From assembly GCF_038025025.1 (NCBI RefSeq), contig NW_027117338.1:3162001-3226000 (forward strand): a stretch of 64,000 nucleotides of DNA, given 5' to 3'. Position numbers and translations under genes: made by a program. Below are positions 37,760 to 48,688 of this stretch, in pieces (within the stretch, counting starts at the first letter, position 1; every line of letters begins with the position of its first letter). The notes under the pieces were generated by a model. That model was not told the DNA's origin and ran no database searches. It worked only from the letters and a program-made list of their open reading frames with translations. The DNA comes from Phyllosticta citribraziliensis (Eukaryota).

Positions 37760-37994
37760 GTTGGCGGCTTGTCGGGGCTGACGATTGGCAGCTTGCGCGT
37801 GGGTTGATGGAGAGGTGTCGCGGAGCTTCCGTCGGCCGCAACGCTGCAAGGGACCACGTTGACGGAGCTCGGCCAGGACTTTTTGCGGTGCCGTCATCGA
37901 CCTTGTCAACACCACTGTCTCGCGCTTCTCTCTGCCTATACAACTGCTCGTGTGGACAGCCAAAGCTTTCCTTTTGTTCAATCGAATCATCACC

Positions 37995-38482
37995 ATGTCC
38001 GACAATATGCAACCAGCAAAATCCAAGAAGCCGAAGAAGCCGTACCACATCAAGAAGGCCGACCTCCATCTCGACGAGTACATTGAGGAGCAGAACTCCA
38101 AGAATCCGTCTCTTCTCTTCAGGAGGGGAGTTGACCATTTGAAAAGCTCCCTGCAGTTCAAGCTCTACCTCGTTCTCCAACTAGTAGCGGCACTCACCGG
38201 CTTCGGGCAGGTCTTTTTCATCTTCGGCGTCTTTTGGGCCATGATTGCAAATACCGGAAAGAGGAAGAAGGGCGAGATGAGTGCATACTCGCTCTTCAAC
38301 GAGGATGTCCAATCGTAAGTAGTCATGTCGTTGCTTGGTTTGCAACCCAGAGCTCTAGAGCAACTCCCTTGAACTCGGGTCTACTGTTGGTTCCGGACCA
38401 AGACTAATGCCTGGTCTCTAGAATCGCGGGCAGCACGGATATGGAAGCTCTGGAAAGAGAACTGCGCACGAGGTCCATGTGA
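37995..38482 (+). CDS. SAYSvFN-domain membrane protein (SAYSD1-like)
   Basis: Hairpin TM region ending FGQVFFIFGVFWAMIANTGKRKKGEMSAYSLFNEDVQS; intron 38315-38421, then IAGSTDMEALERELR. This matches the family pattern SAYSxFN..C/V..I.G....E..ER. Confidence 0.85.
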
Positions 38483-39121
38483 AGCCGTTGTTCAACAACG
38501 TTGGCATCATACGTCGTCGCAACTCAGTCGGATTTAGCATCGGACTACGACCCCAGCCCGCCTGACAACTCATCCCGAGCCAGCTGCACGCCCGGTAACG
38601 CGGGGAATGATCTTCCCTTCCGTTGACAACTCCCAAGATCCACCCACCTCCATTCGAATGCGAATCCGAGCATTGCGTCGCCCTACCTGGACCGCACAAA
38701 GCTCTGAGTCGCGAAGCACAAACGATAAGTGGATTAGTTTACAGGAATCAATCCGCGCTGTGCCATTGGCCACAGATTTTAGTGTCCGAACCCGTACGGA
38801 ATAGCAGCGAGCACCAAACGGCTTCCCCGCCACTCCGCAGGGACAACCCCACCTCCTCCTTCGGCAATCAACTGCCGCAAGCTTACTTGTGCGGATTTGG
38901 GAGGCCAAGTCTCCAGACGAGTTTAATGTCAGCTACCAAGGCCAGGCCAAACCATGGCTATAGCCCCTGGTTTGCGGTCGTACTTCAAGACTCCGCACCA
39001 AACTATAGAAGGAAACTAGCACCGCCTACTACATTCCACGCTAGCAATTCGCTACTCCTTTGAACTACACCTCTCTCCAATCTACCGCATTCAAAAGCTT
39101 CTTGTCCACTCTGCCAACACC

Positions 39122-40208
39122 ATGACGGGTCCCGAGCGCAAGATCCAGCTTGCCAAAATTGCACACGTCTACTACAAGCACAAGGATTTGGAAAAGGCCC
39201 ACGAGTTTGCGATCGACTTTGGATTCGAAGAAGTCGCGCGCACCAACGACAAGATCTATTACAGAGGCTATGGCCGCGAGCCGTTTGTGTACTGTTTGGT
39301 CAAGGCGGACGAGGACGAATTTGGCGGCACCGCCTTTGCCGTCGAACACGAAGAGGACCTCGAATACGCGTCCAAGATTCTGCCCAACGCCACCGAGGTC
39401 TACGAGCTGAAGGATGCGCCTGGTGGTGGAAAGTGTGTGACATTCAGAGAGCCCGTCGATGGTTTCCTCTGGCACTTGGTGTATGGACAAAAGCTGCGGG
39501 ACGACGAGAGGACTCTGCCGACGCTCAAGTTCAACTTTCCCACCAAGAAGGAGAGAGCGCCAAACACCTTTCAGAGATTTGAGCAGAGGCCTGCGCCGGT
39601 GCACAAGCTGGGCCACTTTGGATTTTGCCATACCGACTGGCAGAAGGCTTTTGACTTTTACCACTCCCACTTCAACCTCAAGCCAAGCGAGGTAAGTAAA
39701 GGCACTCCTGCCACGCATCCCAAAGTCCAAATCACCCTGAACCCACTCTGACCTGCCAAGATTCAATCCGACCCTAAAACCGACAAGCCCTGCATGGTGT
39801 TCAGCCGCCTCGACCTCGGCGACGAGCTCGTTGACCACCACTGCTTCTTCTTTTTCGAGGGACCCAAGGCCCACGTCCACCACTCCTCTTTCGAAACGCA
39901 CGACTTTGACACCCAGGTGCTTGGGCACGACTGGCTGAGACACAAGGGATACGAGAATTTGTGGGGTGTCGGCCGGCACATCATGGGCAGCCAGATCTTC
40001 GACTACTGGTACGATCCTGACCGGTTCGTTCTGGAACACTACGTCGATGGCGACTTGTTGAACGGCAAGGAGGACACCAAGCTATCAAAAGCTACCTTGG
40101 ATACGCTCTACGTGTGGGGTGAGTATCAATCGGGTCTTCTCGTGAAGTGATATGCTGATCAATCTTCTTTGAACAGGACCAGACGTCCCAGACACATTTT
40201 TGGTGTAG
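39122..40208 (+). CDS. Glyoxalase/VOC-superfamily extradiol dioxygenase (trihydroxytoluene oxygenase-like)
   Basis: IAHVYYKHKDLEKAHEFAIDFG, PAPVHKLGHFG, VDHHCFFF, HVHHSSFETHDFDTQVLGHDWL, WGVGRHIMGSQIFDYW, EHYVDGD. Introns at 39692-39760 and 40119-40176. Confidence 0.88.
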
Positions 40209-40565
40209 GGTTGCCGACTTCCGAGAGCCGATTGGAATGGTTGCGATTCTCCACTGCTGCTATTCAGCCCCGATCTTTAGCGGGTACCGCGGTTTCTTCG
40301 CGGGTTTGGAATACTTGATTTCCTCCACAGAATGTAAACTACCCCTGGAAACCCTACATGCAGAGCAACATCCGTTTGTTACGAAAGCCAGAAAATTCAC
40401 GTCGTCTGAGAGTCAAGCCTGATGTCCTTCGCAATTACATCATGTCCAAACCTTACTATCCATGTTCTAGCAAGGCTTGACTGCACGTGGTGATGCCTAC
40501 CGTAGCCTGCGTCAACAGGCAAGCAACAACACGACAAAAACAAAACAAAAAGTAAAACGCAAAAC

Positions 40566-40752
40566 AAAATGGCAGAACGTTAGCAGAGGCCGCGAGTTGA
40601 ACTCTCGACCTCCGCTAACGCCCCCCAGCCCAAGCACTCATTATTAGACCTATATTGTAACAATGCAAGCCGAGTGCCCCTAGAGGTCGGTCACGCTGGC
40701 GTTTCCCAGCCTCGGATAACCTTCACGCAAGCTCTCTCTGGGCCAGTTGCTG
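40566..40752 (-). ncRNA. Candidate RNA polymerase III-type structured ncRNA (~180 nt), family unidentified
   Basis: Minus strand: TATATAAA (40781-40774), A-box-like TGGCCCAGAGAG (40745-40734), three hairpins with G-U pairs, B-box-like GAGTTCAACTC (40604-40594) in a hairpin loop, then repeated T4-T5 runs from 40569. The 5' end is estimated. Confidence 0.6.
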
Positions 40753-43026
40753 ACTATACGCTCGCGGTTTGGATTTATATAGGTGCGTAAAAGGTGGATC
40801 GTGCGTTGGTGGGTAGCTCCCTTCGCACGCCGCCCGTTGCTGCGTCAAACGTCATACCACCGTGGAACATCTCTCGCGCCTTTGATTCTATTACCGTCCC
40901 CTCGGTGATGGCACCGCGGTGACAAGTAAGTCGTACTCGTTGGATGCTGCTCGAATCCAGGCAACGCCTCTCGCCCAACCACCGTGAGCGGAACTCTTGG
41001 AGTCAGATCGCCGCCGTGTCATTTGAGCACCTCTCATTGACGCATGACAATCACTGCGGCGCCGTCCACTACAACCCATTGAACAACAACCCGCGTACCT
41101 CATCGCCCATGTCTCACCTCCTGCACCTCGCCGCCAGACAACATCCACACGTCCACGCCCGCATGCCGTGAGTAGCTTGTCAATTAACATAGCGGCGGTT
41201 GACGTCGCGCCCGGCCCCTCTGGCTTTTTGTACCTCCCATTACGCCGCTCTTTCCACATTGCACACTTTCTTTTCTCCTCCTATTTACACCTAGCTTGGT
41301 TTGTCAAAATGCCGTGGCTGCGCGGGCGCCGCCGCTGTCCATGCGCTTGTCTTTCCACATGAACTTTCCACGTCGACGTTGTGTCCGCCTGTCAGCCTGC
41401 CAATCAACCGCAAAGCAAGTGTAAGTTTGGCCTCGCTTTCGAAGCGCGCATGCTACATTTGGGTATGCTTCGACCTGACTTGCCGCTCATCCGCTCACGC
41501 GCACTACCCGCGGCTCAACCAACGACAGCATCTGGGATCGCTCACAGCATCGATCGGAATCCATCTAGCAACGAGAACGCACCCAAAAGAAGCCCACTCA
41601 ACCACCTCAGACAGCCAGCGCCACAGGCGTCCCGCAGCCTCGTCATCCTCGCACAACCACCTTTGCAGGCAATCGGCAGCCCGGCAACGTCACTCGCGTG
41701 CTTGCGCTGTGCCTAATGGCGCCCTGCTCCTATCCGTCCACCACCGCATCTCCACCACAAGCGTGCTGTAAGCACACCGTGAATTTCCTCTGCTTTTGTT
41801 CTTCCTGTTTTGCTTGCTTGGCGTACCACTTCGCCCGCCTCGCCAGCTTTGGACATGCCCTCTGCTCTGGCTCTCGCTTCTCGCGCAGTACAAGCCGCAG
41901 CTGCCAGCCTTGCTCTGCCCTGCTCTGTCCCAACACGCCTCTTCTGGCGGGCGTTGTTGGCTCTGCTGACGCAGCTTGCAGCATGCAGTGCGTAGTCACG
42001 CAGTAGCGCCGGCAAGCGGCGGCGCGTGCCGATGACACGGTGGAGGGTCGAACGTACTTGGCAGCTGGTGGGCTGGAAGAAAATAGATAGAGACAGATCA
42101 AGGAGGTTGGGGTTTTCGGGTTGCGTGGTGGGATTCAGTCAGGGAGTCTGAGGGACGCGGGGGAACTGGTGGAGCTGACTGGTAAGTAGGCATCGAGGGG
42201 GAAGATGTTGGGTTGTGAGTGATGTGCTTTGGGCCAATGTCGAATGGCAGACTCAATCGACAGAAAAGAAAAATGGAGAGACAGGCAAGACACAGCGCAT
42301 GTTTGGCAGAGTTCCGCTCCACGCCTCTCCGTCGTCGAGGCTCCACAAGGCCTACATGTCCTAAGGTTGCAACTCGAAGCCCACCCCCTCTTCTTCTCTT
42401 TCCTCATCATCATCTCCTCCCCTCATGAAAACACGCACCTAATCACCTAATCTGAGAAGTGAAATCCACAACACGCCCCTCATTTGGATCCCATTCTCAT
42501 CTCAATCGCTCATCTCTCATCTCCCCGCCCCGTCCCACCGCATGCACGCACGCAGCAGCTGACATGCGCGCGCCACTGCCGCAACGACCGCCACCATAGT
42601 ATGCATGGCGCACGCACGCGAGCGACAAGACAGCCTTGTCTCGTGGGCATACGTATGTATGGACGTGCTAGCGGCGAGATTGCCTGCTTTGACTGGTTTT
42701 GCGTTGTTGAGGTGGCTATCCATGGGCGTATGATGGTGCGGAGGCAACTCTGCTCGATTTCTACTAAAGTCTTTGTCGCGGTGCGCCTTTGCGCCTTATC
42801 TCGCCCTCTACGGGCCAGTATAGTACCGCACAGCACAGCACAGCACAGTCCATCCGCAGCCTACCAACCCAACTGCACCCACCACTGCGCTGCGCTGCCC
42901 ATCTCAGTACCTAAATCCAGCACCTGCTATTTGCGCGCCCGCTCAAAACGGTGGTGTCTCAACGTCAGAAGGCTGAGTTGGGCGGCGGCGGCGGCGCAGG
43001 CTCATCAGCGCAACGGACACATGCAC

Positions 43027-43100
43027 ACCTCCCTACCGTACCTCCCAACCTCCCTACCGTACCTCCCAACCTCCCTACCGTATCTCTCAACCTCCCTACC
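43027..43100. repeat. Minisatellite, ~3.5 x 21 bp (ACCTCCCTACCGTACCTCCCA)
   Basis: Units at 43027, 43048, 43069 (2 substitutions) and a partial unit at 43090. Confidence 0.9.
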
Positions 43101-43229
43101 CCAATTACGGCTCAGGGACTTAGGGCCACGCACGCACGCCTTTTCCTCCCTCTCATCCACGGCTCAACTTCTATCGCTACCACTCACCAACCAACAGAGC
43201 AGGCAAGCAAAAAAGCAAAAGCGATCCGT

Positions 43230-43316
43230 TTGTTGGCCAGGACGTGAAATTGAACCCGGGACTTGCCGTGGATGCGACTGTTGCCGCGGCATGCGTTGCC
43301 ACTACACCACCAACAC
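43230..43316 (-). pseudogene. tRNA-like gene / tRNA pseudogene (tRNA-Gly-like scaffold, non-canonical anticodon and T loops)
   Basis: Minus strand GTGTTGG-TGGTGTAGTGGCAACGCAT-GCCGCGGCAACAGTCGCATCCACGGC-AAGTC-CCGGGTTCAATT-TCACGT-CCTGG-CCAACA: acceptor, D, anticodon and T stems can pair. A box is perfect; TTTTGCTTTTTT terminator lies ~10 nt downstream. Confidence 0.65.
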
Positions 43317-43764
43317 GTTTGCATGGGTCCGCTGTATGTGTGTGGTAAGGATTGCACATGTTTATAAAAAGAGGGAGGGAGTGAGAAAGAAAGGTAGAAA
43401 GGAATGAGGGGGAGGCTTTGCGCTGCTGCTGCTGTGCAGATTAGCCTGCGGCCATGCGTGCGACGGTGGCGCCGGCACGACCCGGTGGCGTGCTGGATTG
43501 GGGGTGAGGTCGGATGGGCTCGCCGAGTACCGGTTGTGTGTCTGAAGAATGGTGGGGTGGGATGGGTACGCGATGTGGAAAGGCGATGTAGTGATGAAAT
43601 GCAGTATTGATAACTTTTCTACAAGCTGTACAGTACAGAGATATACACACGACAGAAAGTCGAAACAAAGGACATACGCCATAACCAACCAACAAAAAAG
43701 CAAGCGAAAACCATAGTCTACACAAAGCATACAGCATACAGCAAACGCCAAACCCAACCATCAA

Positions 43765-45750
43765 TCAAGCATGCCAATCCATGCTCCGCCGCCGAATCGG
43801 CTCCAGCGTCGTGTTGGCGACCTTGCTGTGGTCGCCCGTTATCAGAGCACCGGACGGATGCCGCTCAAACTGCCGACAGCTCGCCGTGTCCAGCAGCCGC
43901 GGCGAGCCCGCACAGTTGCCGCTGGGCGTGATGTCCTGCCTGCGGCACGCCGCCAGGTGGTCCGACGGGATCTCGATGCCGCTGCGCTGCAGCTGCTCTG
44001 GAGCCTCGATCATGACGGCGGCCATGCCCGCCGACAGGTGGTACTCCAAATGGCAATGTACTGGATGGCAAAAGAATCGCGTTAGAAGCTGTTTGAGAGG
44101 GTGTAGTATATATAGAATGGTTGGGGTGGGGTCAGGGAATCAGGGGGTGGAGTTTGGGGACGGGACTCACGTAACCAGGCACCTGGGTTGTCGGCGCGGA
44201 AGCGGATAACGACGCTGCCCGAGGGCGCGACATTGACTACGTCGCGGACCATGGGGGTCTCAGACCACACGGCCGTCGACTCGTCAAAGGTGGTATCGGA
44301 GCGCGAGACTACCTGGAACGTGTGGCCGTGAAGGTGCATCGGGTGCCCGACGCCGCCGAGGTCTAAGGAGGTGTTGGACGCGCTGTTGATGACGATTTCG
44401 ACAATGCTGTCCGGCTGCAAAACGTGTGCGTTCACTTGGCCGTAGATGAAGGGATTCGAGGCGGCCGGGCCAGTTGTGAGGGCTGTGTAGAGAGAGGGCG
44501 TCTCGGGAGCGATGTACGAGTCGTTGCCCAGCGTGATACTGTAATACTTTAGCAAGTGAATTTCGATGGGAGCGTTTGGCATACCGGCTTCCAACGTCCT
44601 TGTAGTACAGCTGCCGAGAGTCGAGGACAATCCTCTGATCCACGGGTTCAAGAATCTTTTCTCCCGTCGTCGGCTGCAGCGTAAAGTCGTCACCAGCAAG
44701 AGACTCATCCACGGAGAAATTGTTAGGAACAAAGCGTCTTCCGCCGTAGTTCAAGACTCCCAAGGTCTTGGTACCAGTGATTGATTGCTGTACGGCAAAA
44801 GCATAGTTGCCAGAGGGCTTGTCCAGACCGGTCAGGACAATGTCGTATCTCTGGCCGGGAGTAACCTTGAGGCCTTTCCAAGTTGTTGGTTTTACTGTTG
44901 CTGTTAGTGAGTTTCTTCGAGTCTTCCATGAATAAACTTGCCTGGAACACCGTCGATTGCAACTACTTGAAAGTCGTGCTGGTCTGCAAAAATCAGCCTT
45001 GAAAAGCATTTCAAAGACAACGGTACATACCAAATTCAATGTTTTGAAATGCGAGCGCTCCCATGTTGACTATGCGAATATAGACCTTTTCCCCTGGTTT
45101 CATGTCGATGATGGTGGGCCTCGTAGTGTCGTTCACCAAGTTAGAATCCGGTGATGGCATGATTCCCTGCCTGTTCTCGGGGCCCAGATACTCTCGCAAA
45201 AGATATGGTATTTCCTCGTTGTACCTGAAACAGTCAGCGGCGGCATTTATTCAGACTACCGTCATCCTCACCAGTCCGAAACAGGCAAGATGATTTCCCT
45301 AGTAGCTCCCGACTGAGCTTTGGACGACTCAGGGCTGTTGTCGTGGACAATCATCGGCAAACGCAGTCCATCCGGGTATTGGCCTTTTTCGTGGCTATGG
45401 CACCAATGCGTGCCCGCCGGGTACGCAACAAACTCGTATCGAAAAGTCGATCCGGGGGGAATGCCACACTGGGTAATTTCTCCAGCACCATCCATCTCGT
45501 TGGATCCGCGTTGCCACATGCCGTGCCAGTGGATGCCAGTGGTCTCATTGCCGAGAGAGTTGCGAACATTTGCGATGATGGTGTCGTTGACGTCGACCTC
45601 GAGAGGCGGAGGCGGCCATTGTCCATTGATGCCAATCACAGCACGCTCGTGGCCGTCTGGACTGGCATTAACCCAAGTGATATCCCAGTCGAGCGTCACA
45701 ACCTTGGACAGCCCGAGGCTTGCAAACGAAAGGAGAAGTAAAGAGAACAT
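43765..45750 (-). CDS. Secreted multicopper oxidase (laccase/ferroxidase-like, AA1), 6 exons
   Basis: Signal peptide; copper motifs IHWHG, HWCHSH, HPMHLHGH and WLLHCHLEYHLSAGM. Introns at 45225-45271, 44984-45030, 44895-44941 (GC-AG), 44539-44584 and 44061-44170. Confidence 0.92.
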
Positions 45751-47671
45751 TTGAGAAGATTCTGAAAAAAGAACTTGAAACTGAAGCGAGTGATGGCAAG
45801 AAAGGCACGATATCTTGGACCAACTTGGCTTTTAATAAAGCAACTACAGAGATTTCGATAAGGGCCCCCGGCAGCACGGCACGACGTCCGTACATGTCTG
45901 GAGTGGATCTGCTAATCAGAGCAGGCGGTGGGCGCTCAGCCATGGGTGTGTCATGAGGAGTCGAGTCGTCAGATGCGAGACTCATGATCTAGAAGCATCA
46001 GTCGAGGTAGCTGGAATATTTTCCGACCATCAAGCCGCGCCTGGACGAGGCAAGAGGCGGTACGTTGGGATAAGCAGTTTGAGGCTGTTCGACAGCCGCA
46101 TGTGGCGGCTGTGATGGACCACACGGGCTAAAAAAACCAGACAAGGCTCTGACAGCATGACGGCTACAGTATGGAGATCAGCTGACGGGAGAGAGGGCTG
46201 CCATGAGAGGACGAAAATAGATTGCTTTTATTGGGGCGCAGGTGGAGAGGCTCATGAAGCAAGTCGGCAAGGATCCATCGACCGTGGTCTTGATGTCATC
46301 CTGGCCTGTGGATGGCGCTGCCGGTGTCGTGGAAAAGAAAAGGCATGGCAATCCGCCGCAGACAGGGAGGCCGCATGCAGCCGCATCAGGTGGCAGAAGA
46401 GAGCCGCTGGGCAGGCCGCCCACGAGCGCCATGGAAATGAAGCTTTTGCTGCAGGGGTGAAGACGGCAGAGCGCAAGGTGCGCATTCAGCTGCAGCAGAG
46501 AGTAGATGTAGGGGAAGAGTTGAGGTTGCCGTGTCGATGCAAGCTGAGCTGCTCTCGCTTCGCTGACCAATGGCCTGTGGCACGCCTTGGACATGCCCTC
46601 GACGCGCTCCACTCTCCACCCTCAACTCTCCGCAACCACCGGCGCTTAGTGCTCCAAATTACCACCTCTCTGCGCGATTATCAATCTGAGCTGGCATAAT
46701 TGTCAAATTGGCAAGAGACTTCGGCAGACAAGCCAAATCAGGACCACAAGATTGACCCTACCCACATCGGACGGCTACTGGCATCTCATCCGAACCACGC
46801 AGCTGGAACCTTTTCATCTCCAACTCATCTCAGCTTTTGTCCAGTCTCTTGAAACTGTGTCGTGAGTGTGGACTGCAGGCGGCGTTTCCAGCTCTCGGGG
46901 AAAATCTCGACATCTCAACCCGAGCCGCTCTTCATGCCGGTCCGGGCAACAAACCAACCTCACCAAACTGAGAAAGGAGCGACAGACTGCCACGGCTTGG
47001 ATCATGACGTTCAAGACTACGCAAGTACCACCCCAGGAAAAAGTGAAAGGCATGGAAGACCAGTCGCATCGGCAACATCAATCAACTCCCGACAAAGTGT
47101 TAGACGCGCATACGTCGCACAGCATGTCCAATCCATGCTCCCACGGGCCATACGCTGTATCAGGGGAGCACGCGAGCGACCTCACCCACTCACTCGCTTG
47201 GCTGCGTGGCTCGGAGCATTAGTTGTTGACGACTTGCATATCTACTAGGCTGTGCGTACAACGCACCCACAAACGGCGCGGCAAAAAGCATTCTGCAGGA
47301 GAAGAAGATTGAGCGGATGCATTCACGCTTTCAGTCACCCATCTGAGCACTCTCCGGGGACAAGGACGAGGAGAGAATGCGGGTCTGTTGATCCGCAATT
47401 CATGTGCCTTGCCAGGACTCTGCATTGAAGGTATGTGCCCATAGCGGAGAAAAGCAGCACTCACGCACAAACGCATGCCCCGTTGAAATGATGCGCAATT
47501 CTCCGACCGTATTCGCGACGCCTGCGATGCGAATGATGGCCTATCTCGGAGAGAAAAGTCGGAGATACAGAGGCAAGCAATGGTTTGGCCAAAAGGCGTG
47601 ACTTCTTCGCTGAGCCCTCTCTCTCACCGCGCGCAAAGCAAACGAGCGAGTAAGTGAGCGCGCCCGCGCTC

Positions 47672-48688
47672 TCAATACTCAAACCCGTACACCACATCCC
47701 CCCTCTCCTCCCGCGTGATCTTGCACAGCAAGTCCTTTTCCCGGCCTCCATCCGCAACGTACGCCTCGATCCAGCATGCCAGCGCGCAGACCCGATCGTC
47801 GACTGCCTTGCGCCACCCATGTAGCGGCTGGTTGAAAACTGGTTTTGTTGATGTCGACGCTGCGCTTCTCCTGGCACTTGGCGTGTTGGCGTTATGAATT
47901 CGGTTTGCAGTGCAGGATGAAGAGGAGGAAGAGCACGACGCGAGACTCAGGCTGACGAGCGAGGCCGTGTCGTCGTCCTCGCCACCATGTTGGTGTCTCT
48001 CGACGCCATAGTCGCGGCACTTGCGCTCCCAAACGTCGTCGACGTCGTCGTTGATGCCATCGTAGCCCGCGTCGCCCCGGCCCCACGACCCAACGCCCAG
48101 TCCAGCTGCTGCGGTCAAATCGAGACGGAGATTCTTGCTGTTCCGCTTGGCGACGGCGTCGGCGCGTCGATTGTCATTCAGCTTGGAAGGCGCGTCGCTG
48201 AGGAGTCTTTTCAATTCGACAGCGCCGTCGCCCTCGTGCTCGTCGTCACCGCTATCCCACTCCTCTTCCAATTCTTCCTCGTCTCGTTTTCCCTCCCACC
48301 ACTCCTTCTCCTCTCCTTCGTCCTCCTCGCACCCGCAAACGCAGTCGCCGTCACACCCCGCATACCGCGGCGGCGAACTAATCAACCACACGCCCACGCC
48401 CATGACCGTCGCGACGAGCGTCAACGCAAACGCGCACACCGTCAGCCACAGCGGCGGCCACGGCAGCGACCCCATGTCGAAATCTTGATCAGACGGCGGC
48501 GGCAAACCCGTCGTGGCTGCATTCGCGGCACTGATGGATGGCGTTGCGAGCGAGGAAAGCGCTTGTGTCAACGTCGGCCGCGCGGGCGAGAGGGAGGCGT
48601 GCGTGAACAGGCTGAGCGTCACGGTCTGCATCGTCGACGCTGCTGCTGCTGCTGCGGTGGTGCTGGCGGAGGGCGGTATGCTGGCCAT
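47672..48688 (-). CDS. Hypothetical single-pass membrane protein with acidic tract
   Basis: Open ~338 codons from MASIPPS: Ser/Thr/Ala-rich N-terminus, TM LWLTVCAFALTLVATVMGVGVWLI, acidic EEDEGEEKEWWE segment; GC-rich coding-like codon usage. Confidence 0.6.
   Translation of the reverse strand: MASIPPSASTTAAAAAASTMQTVTLSLFTHASLSPARPTLTQALSSLATPSISAANAATTGLPPPSDQDFDMGSLPWPPLWLTVCAFALTLVATVMGVGVWLISSPPRYAGCDGDCVCGCEEDEGEEKEWWEGKRDEEELEEEWDSGDDEHEGDGAVELKRLLSDAPSKLNDNRRADAVAKRNSKNLRLDLTAAAGLGVGSWGRGDAGYDGINDDVDDVWERKCRDYGVERHQHGGEDDDTASLVSLSLASCSSSSSSCTANRIHNANTPSARRSAASTSTKPVFNQPLHGWRKAVDDRVCALACWIEAYVADGGREKDLLCKITREERGDVVYGFEY

Noticed and set aside
40709..40735. GGTTATCCGAGGC resembles the U4 snRNA 5' stem-loop/K-turn
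   Set aside because: The U6-pairing segments and Sm-site arrangement of U4 are not present and the K-turn geometry is non-canonical, so it is not called U4.
42484..43407. 307-aa + strand ORF
   Set aside because: Non-ATG start, runs through a minisatellite and the tRNA-like element, and has no protein-like composition.
46157..46699. Overlapping 144-180 aa ORFs upstream of the multicopper oxidase
   Set aside because: No motifs or coding-type codon bias; consistent with chance ORFs in GC-rich intergenic DNA.
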